This document shows positions 58,101-64,000 of a DNA stretch of 64,000 nt, piece by piece. The notes below the pieces were generated by a model. The model ran no database searches and was not told the DNA's origin. It saw only the letters and a list, made by a program, of their open reading frames with translations. Source of the DNA: Phoronis australis. Its lineage: Eukaryota; Animalia; Phoronida. Position numbers and translations under genes: made by a program. Numbering within the stretch: position 1 is the stretch's first letter; every line of letters begins with the position of its first letter. The DNA lies in NCBI GenBank assembly GCA_002633005.1, contig NMRA01000623.1, positions 124,001 through 188,000 on the forward strand. The letters are read 5' to 3'.

Positions 58101-59697
58101 CCTTTTCTGCTTCCCCTTCTCGTAAAATGTCCCGTTGCTGAACTATTTTTACCGGATTCTCGAAATGTTGATTTCCACGACTCATTGCTTAGCTGTTCTT
58201 GGTCAGCTCACTCATGGACCAAACGGTCCTGCCACCTGGTGACTTCATTAAGCATAACACTGCTGACTTGCTTTAAATCCCCAGGAGGCTATTTAAATTT
58301 ATTAGCATTGCTCCCTTTAGTGGGAATGTTTAAAATAATTATGATACCTTGTATCTGCGCTGTACGTGATGCACGCTGGGTGCATATCAATGGTCCGTTC
58401 CATTCTTGTTCTTGAAAGGCGTAATTAATGAATGTTAATTCTTCCTATATTTCAGTGCTGGTCCTAGTACAGTGGGAATAGACAACAAGATAGAGGCAGC
58501 TATGGTAAGTCTACTACAGTTGTTGAATCATGTTAAGCATGAATTGATTTATGCAGGTTCTGTGGTTCTCATAAATATTTAAACATTACTCAGTATTTCT
58601 TTTATCAAATAATCCCATTAAATGATAAGTTATGGAAATCATTAGAGGATGTGAGTGGTGTGCAAATGTGTGTTTAGAGTCTGAGTTGTCAGTGTAAGAG
58701 TTGTGCCTAGTCCACAACCTTGGTCATATGGTGCCAGGTTTTTCCTAGATAATGTCCCTGAAGTACAATGCCCTGTTCAACTGGTGGTTTATATTCTTAA
58801 CATTATTTAAGTATGATGTTGCATTCCTCCTAGATGTCACAGAAATTGATAGCAGTGATATTTGTCTTTGTTATTAATTCTCGTGATATTAGAAAACCAG
58901 CTCTATAGCTGTTCTAGAATAAAAACTAGTCTTGACTACTCAAAACTATGAAAATTATACTGAACATTAATGAAAATCTATAAGCTTTTATTTTTATGTA
59001 TGCAAGTTCCCCTTGTATATTAATTAATGATTGCATTCTCAGGTTTGTATAGCAGGACCTGTTGGCAGACTACAGTCTCAATAGTTCATTTGCTTAAACA
59101 TTAATCTCACAGCAAGAGCCCGATAAACACTGTCATTAGTGTGTAGAATTTTTTAGAATTTTTCTTTTTACTTCACATTTGCCATTGAAATTGTTGCTTC
59201 TGTGGAATTGTGATGGTCAAAGTTGCCAAGCGATGCATACTGTAGTTACCGTATTTGTTTTCTAATATGTTCGAGTTTTAGATCTTGTGTGTCAAATATC
59301 TTGGACAATCACCATACCACACAAAATACATTGTAATGGGGAAAATCTGTAATGTGCATTAGGTGTACACAAAAAAATGTACTCTACATATGAACGCACG
59401 AGTTCAGTTGCACGCAGTTCATTGTGCTACACTGAACTTAAATTACTAGTATCTGTGTAACTGCTGTCATTTAAGACGTGAACATCTTTGCAGGACTTGG
59501 TCAAAAGTCACTTAATGGCTGCTGTACGCGAAGAAGTTGAGGTGCTTAAGGAGCAAATCAAGGGACTGATTGAAACCAACAAACAGTTGCAGATTGAGAA
59601 CCAAGCATTACGTCAGACTGCTCCTCCGGAGGTGCTGGCAACAGTTACTCATGTTAATTCTGACCAACTGCCATCATCATCATCTACATCGTCATGA
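49134..59697 (+). CDS. TSC22D: TSC22 domain family protein, long isoform (bunched A / TSC22D1-2-4-like), 3 exons, ~619 aa
   Basis: Exon 49134-50740 has motif 1 [11 protein letters not shown] and motif 2 [20 protein letters not shown]. Exon 58456-58504 reads (G)[16 protein letters not shown]. Exon 59494-59697 reads [31 protein letters not shown] (TSC box and leucine zipper). Phases are consistent. Confidence 0.95.
52630..53260 (-). mobile_element. Old, degenerate HINE-type array
   Basis: Units with gctgcctggtggcatttt and gcctcctgatggcatttt, related to 54300-55365. Confidence 0.55.
53742..53908. repeat. ~36-bp degenerate tandem repeat
   Basis: Recurring taatggtaaaactgccttgtttttgactgcagtga. 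Confidence 0.7.
54200..55365. mobile_element. Helentron-associated (HINE/DINE-like) element: T-rich start, subterminal hairpin, GTCY microsatellite, ~146-bp tandem core
   Basis: tttttatgcgcccacat-attt-acatgtggacgcattatg, then gtccgttcgtct..gtccatcc, then ~8 units each carrying gcSYcctagtggc. Confidence 0.78.
55445..56112. repeat. Two (ATC)n microsatellites inside a locally duplicated segment
   Basis: 55390-55540 resembles 55960-56150; both contain atc runs. Confidence 0.8.
57142..57237. repeat. Fold-back hairpin (37-bp arms, short loop)
   Basis: gtcggatataacgtgccggcattatgagaaccagttt / aaactggttctcagaatacgggcacgttatatgcgac. Confidence 0.85.
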
Positions 59698-61627
59698 GCG
59701 CTAATCAGGTGTAGCTGTCTGTCTTGATGACACGTCGTTCTACTCATTTTCCCCGTAATGCCTCTAAGCTCCTTACTTAGGCTCGTTTCATTGGCCTACT
59801 TGCATAGGAAATGTAAAGACTCTGTATGATTTGCTATCATCGTTGTTGTATCACCACGCCATTACGCACGTGTGCACATGCATATACATGAAGCTAAGTT
59901 AAACTTCAGTCTATAAGTGCATGAATACTTTGCATCAGATTGTGGTAACCAATGTGTCCAAGGTAGACTCCAGCTTGACACATTGTTGCTACATGTGCAG
60001 TTACACCTTGTTATGCGGATGTACAATAACAGTGTTTACTTAACTTATATTAAGTTTAGTTGCTAACCTAATGTCCAGGAGCCGATTACTACCTGTATAT
60101 ACCTGTATTTATTTGGTGCTATATTCCTTAATATTGGATGTGGGTGTATACCTTGCAACACTACTACTTGCTACTGAAAAATCTTCTGGTTCAGTTCTTT
60201 AGCTCTCTCGCGTTATGTTTTTTTTACATTAATCCGCCAACATAGAATTGTTAGTTGGTTGTTTCTCTAACAAGAGTCTCTTGTTCTAGCTTGTTGAAGT
60301 AAGTGGCTTTATCTCATCAAAGGTTTCAATATGTAAATAAACTTTCAACAGGAAGACATTACTCAGAAGATCAAGTGACTAAACAATGAGTATTTTTCCG
60401 AGCGCAATTGCTAAGTACTGTTGAAATGAGGAGAAAATAACTGATACCATTAGAAAGAGTAGACCTTTGTGTGCACAATGCGATCAGTTTCTGTGTAATT
60501 ATTCTTTCAAATTGTTGACTTCAACCCATATTGAACATTCTCACACTGTGCCCAGGAAATCTGTGTCTGTTTGTTTTTCCCAAAGATAATATAATATGCC
60601 TATAGTATCTGTGATGGATGTGAAACCTATTCAAAACATGTCATTTATTGATAAAATGTCACTTTTCTGTCACACCCATGCCATGAAGCTGGGCTAGAAT
60701 AGGCGTGGCTAAGAACCAAACAGAATGCAGTAGTTTATGAGGTCACAGTTGCATTTAAAAACATGTTGAAATTCACTAGAATAATCCCTTTCTTACAGTC
60801 TTCCTGTTTAGGCCAACTTACAACCCAAGTGGTTCTCTTATAGAGGCTCAGTTGAACCAGCTGCATGAATTATGTTAATGAGGAGGTGGAGGAACCTAGA
60901 AGTACAAGAGTTTCCAACATTTGTCAACCAAATTACGTTTATAGTCCTAGTAACAACTTAGAGCTGCACTGCTTTCCACTTCGTGAATGTGAAATCAAGG
61001 TTATGCTAGTTTTAGCCAAGCACACTTGACTTTGCCATGGTGTCACTGGATTCAATATTCAGTCTAAATTCAAAGATTGGCTGTGGTCAAATTGAAGCAG
61101 TAAGATGTGGGAAGGCTGTCCAGCCCTGCGAGTTTCTGAAGCTTTACTTAGTTGACTGGTAAATCCTCAGAATGTTCGTCGTGGAAGCAAAAATGAAATG
61201 TTATCGTGGTAAAGGAAATTTTGAGGCCAGTTCTGTTGGAATAAGCAGTTTAGTTTTATGCTGTTTGGACAGCAAACTGAAGGCGATGCAGCTTAAGCGT
61301 ATAAATAAATTTTGGTTTATTCAACAGTAGTTGGGATGTGATGCGTCTGTTCCGAATTATAATTTTCAGACATTTGCTTCACTGGGCACTGTTGTTTATT
61401 TGTTGCACAACTATCCAATAATACATGTTAATAGCTTGAAATGGTCGCAAGCACTTCTTATGTTTTGGTGCTGGTCCTAGAATGACCTGACCCTGTACAA
61501 AGTGTGTACTGTAGTCACATGATGACTTTATACACTGTGTAGTTGGTAGCTGAAATTGCTCATTAGTAAGGACTGAGGAATAGCCTACTTACAACACATT
61601 GAAAGTCAATTCTTGTAGTTACTGTAA

Positions 61628-62386
61628 CAGGGCTGCCAAGTGTTAGGGTTTACCTATATTCTATGAACTTTTAAGGCATGAGAGGTCATTGCGCATGGGT
61701 TATAAAATGTGAAAGATACAGAAAAATATGGCTATATGAGGGAAATAGTTGAAAGCACAAGCTCCAACCAAGAAGTACCAGTGCATAATGTAATTTGCAT
61801 ATTGACCTTCCACTTTCATGATTGGTAAATGACCGTTTGGTCCCGCCCACTTCAGAACTGAAAATCCAGACACTGGGTGGTGAGACCGTCACGTCCACGA
61901 GTTGGCCTTCAAAGGACTGCCAAGCAACTGGGTTTGGAAATTGACGTTTCGGGAGTCTGCTCTAAAATAAATCAGCAGACAATTTACAAGGCAGCAGAAA
62001 TGAAGCCCAGTTATCAAAAGCAGAAATGGTTACTTAGTATTGCTTTCGGTGCCCGATATGAGACAGTATCGTGCTTTTTTCGTGTGGAAATACCTAATGT
62101 GGTTACTCGTGGAGATAACTGTGACTGCTAGTGTTGTCTGATGAAGTAAATGCATTGGCTTGGGTCAAAAGTCAAACAAGATTTGCTGAAAGCCTGTCAT
62201 CTGATGACGATAGATTAACTATGCCGTCCTCAATACAGCATTGTGATGAGCTGAGATTTTAAATGACTGAAATTGTTGGTTTTGGGTTATTTTGTATTAT
62301 GACATCTTTTTGAAATTTAAACCTTCAGAAAAATATGGAAAGGTACAAGTTTTAATGGGAAGGTAACAAATGAGTTGGCAGCCCTA
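61628..62386. mobile_element. hAT-like non-autonomous element
   Basis: cagggctgccaa ... ttggcagcccta termini; TSD not clear. Confidence 0.6.
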
Positions 62387-62740
62387 TTGCAGTTACATAA
62401 CCAAGATTTGCCGACTGATTGTTGCCAGTTGTTGCGCTGTGGGAAGTCCAATGAAATGTAATGTAGGTTATCACCATTCTATGTTATTGTATACCGAGCT
62501 TGACTGTAGGTTATCACTATTCTATGTTATTGCCTAGTGAGCTTGACTTAGGATTTTATCAACATCTGTCAATATCCATCATTCATTTTGTAAATGTCTA
62601 ATCATGTTTGTTTACTCCTCAGTGTAATATAATGATGGAGTGAACAGGTCACAACCTTTATGTTTATATCAAATGAAAATAAATTGGCTACATCAACTGT
62701 ATAACATTGTTAAAATTTTCTGTGCAATCTTAGCAGTCTG

Positions 62741-63145
62741 GGCCCGGTCTCCAATCTTTTTACTCGAAATGGAACTCGAAATTAGGTTTGGCATTTTCTA
62801 CTCTACTTTTGGGCGAACTCAAGATAAGTGTCTATTATTCTATGCTCAAGTACACAATAACTTACGTAGGTAATTTGTTGCAATTAGTTCACAGTTTGTA
62901 AACCCAATATTAAAGCAATAAGTTCGAGTTTGAACTTGAAATTTCGGGTTTTTACTCGAGTTTGTAGCACGAATATAACGGTCTTCAAGGCCAAACTTGA
63001 ACTAGAAACTTCTATGCATAAACTATAATGTATTCGAGCACAGTCTCATAATCCAATTATCTTATTAAGTTTGCACAAAAGGAACAGAGAAATTGCCAAA
63101 AATAGTTTCGAGTTCGTTTTCAGTACAAAGATTAGAGAACGGGCC
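62741..63145. mobile_element. PIF/Harbinger-like MITE with 3-bp CTG TSD
   Basis: ctg|ggcccggtctccaatctttttactcgaaatggaactcgaaa ... tttcgagttcgttttcagtacaaagattagagaacgggcc|ctg. Confidence 0.85.
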
Positions 63146-64000
63146 CTGATCACAAAGGCCATTATGCATAACTCGTCTCTGAAATAAATGGTATTTACTT
63201 TGACAAAAAGTAAAATGAAAAATATTTGAAAAGAATCTTAGTCACATTTCAGATTTTTTTATCAAAGCTGTGAAGCCCATGCAGATGCCAAGCGTGCATT
63301 CCATAGACCCACCGTAAAAAATCTCTAAATTTTGCAGTCTCTAAAATTTAGAACACCTGAATTCAAGCTGAAACTGAATTTTCTTGATTCTGAAAATTGG
63401 GACGTAGGCATTCATCATATTTCTAAAATATTGGACAATGTGTTTTGTTGCATGGAAGATTGGCTTGGTGTTCTTAAAATTGCCGACAATAGTCGCTAAT
63501 GCAATGTGAAGTATCAGGTTGAATAATCATTCCTATTTGATTGTAATTCCTGAATTTTGGACAGCCAATATTACCTATTTCTAAAATTCAATACAAGCTC
63601 TGATCTTGAGCACAATAATTAATTTTTCACAGTGGAGAATTTTCACTGTAGTTTTTTTCTGTAGTTTCCTGCAAGAAAAGTAAGACTTTGCCATATACGT
63701 CCAGACAGTGTAAGCAAAGCACATGATCACACTGGCTTCCCCAGTGAGAATCTCGCATCTACAAAACTACCCAAGCTCTTGTCACAATGATCAACAGAAA
63801 CATCCCCATTCTGCTCTCAAAAAAGGAACCATTTGTACCACCTAGTGAAGGTCAGAGTTGCCATAACACACTTGCAGGGTGTGAAAACATTCCAGTGGTT
63901 GGTCATAGGTATCCCGAACCACTAGTCGGTGCAGGAATTTTATTAATTCTGTGGTCTAAAATGACAAAATTACAGGTGTCTGGCATTGGCCTGTTGAATC

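Overview
Intron-rich, AT-rich genomic DNA of an invertebrate animal (probably a marine bilaterian; the taxon cannot be fixed from sequence), from a draft assembly with N gaps at 6177, 45447-45470 and 47276-47816. Four spliced genes can be rebuilt by hand with GT-AG boundaries and consistent exon phases. They are CYFIP/Sra-1 (minus strand, runs off the left edge), RNF168 (plus), PELP1 (minus) and a long-isoform TSC22/bunched gene (plus), arranged head-to-head, tail-to-tail, head-to-head. Introns and spacers carry an internally deleted piggyBac, several MITEs, a Gypsy pol fragment, an RNase H-bearing non-LTR fragment and Helentron-like elements. The most striking non-genic signals are: (1) a complete miniature LTR element whose two LTRs each contain a tRNA-like Pol III cassette (40400-40956); (2) minisatellites that copy CYFIP exon ends together with their 5' splice sites; (3) ~146-bp-period arrays of CTCF-like motifs; (4) substitutions around the Rac1 A-site of CYFIP; (5) a TAATG stop-start uORF on PELP1. 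A 2.9-kb duplication of four CYFIP exons is probably an assembly artefact. Most short ORFs in the track are noise.
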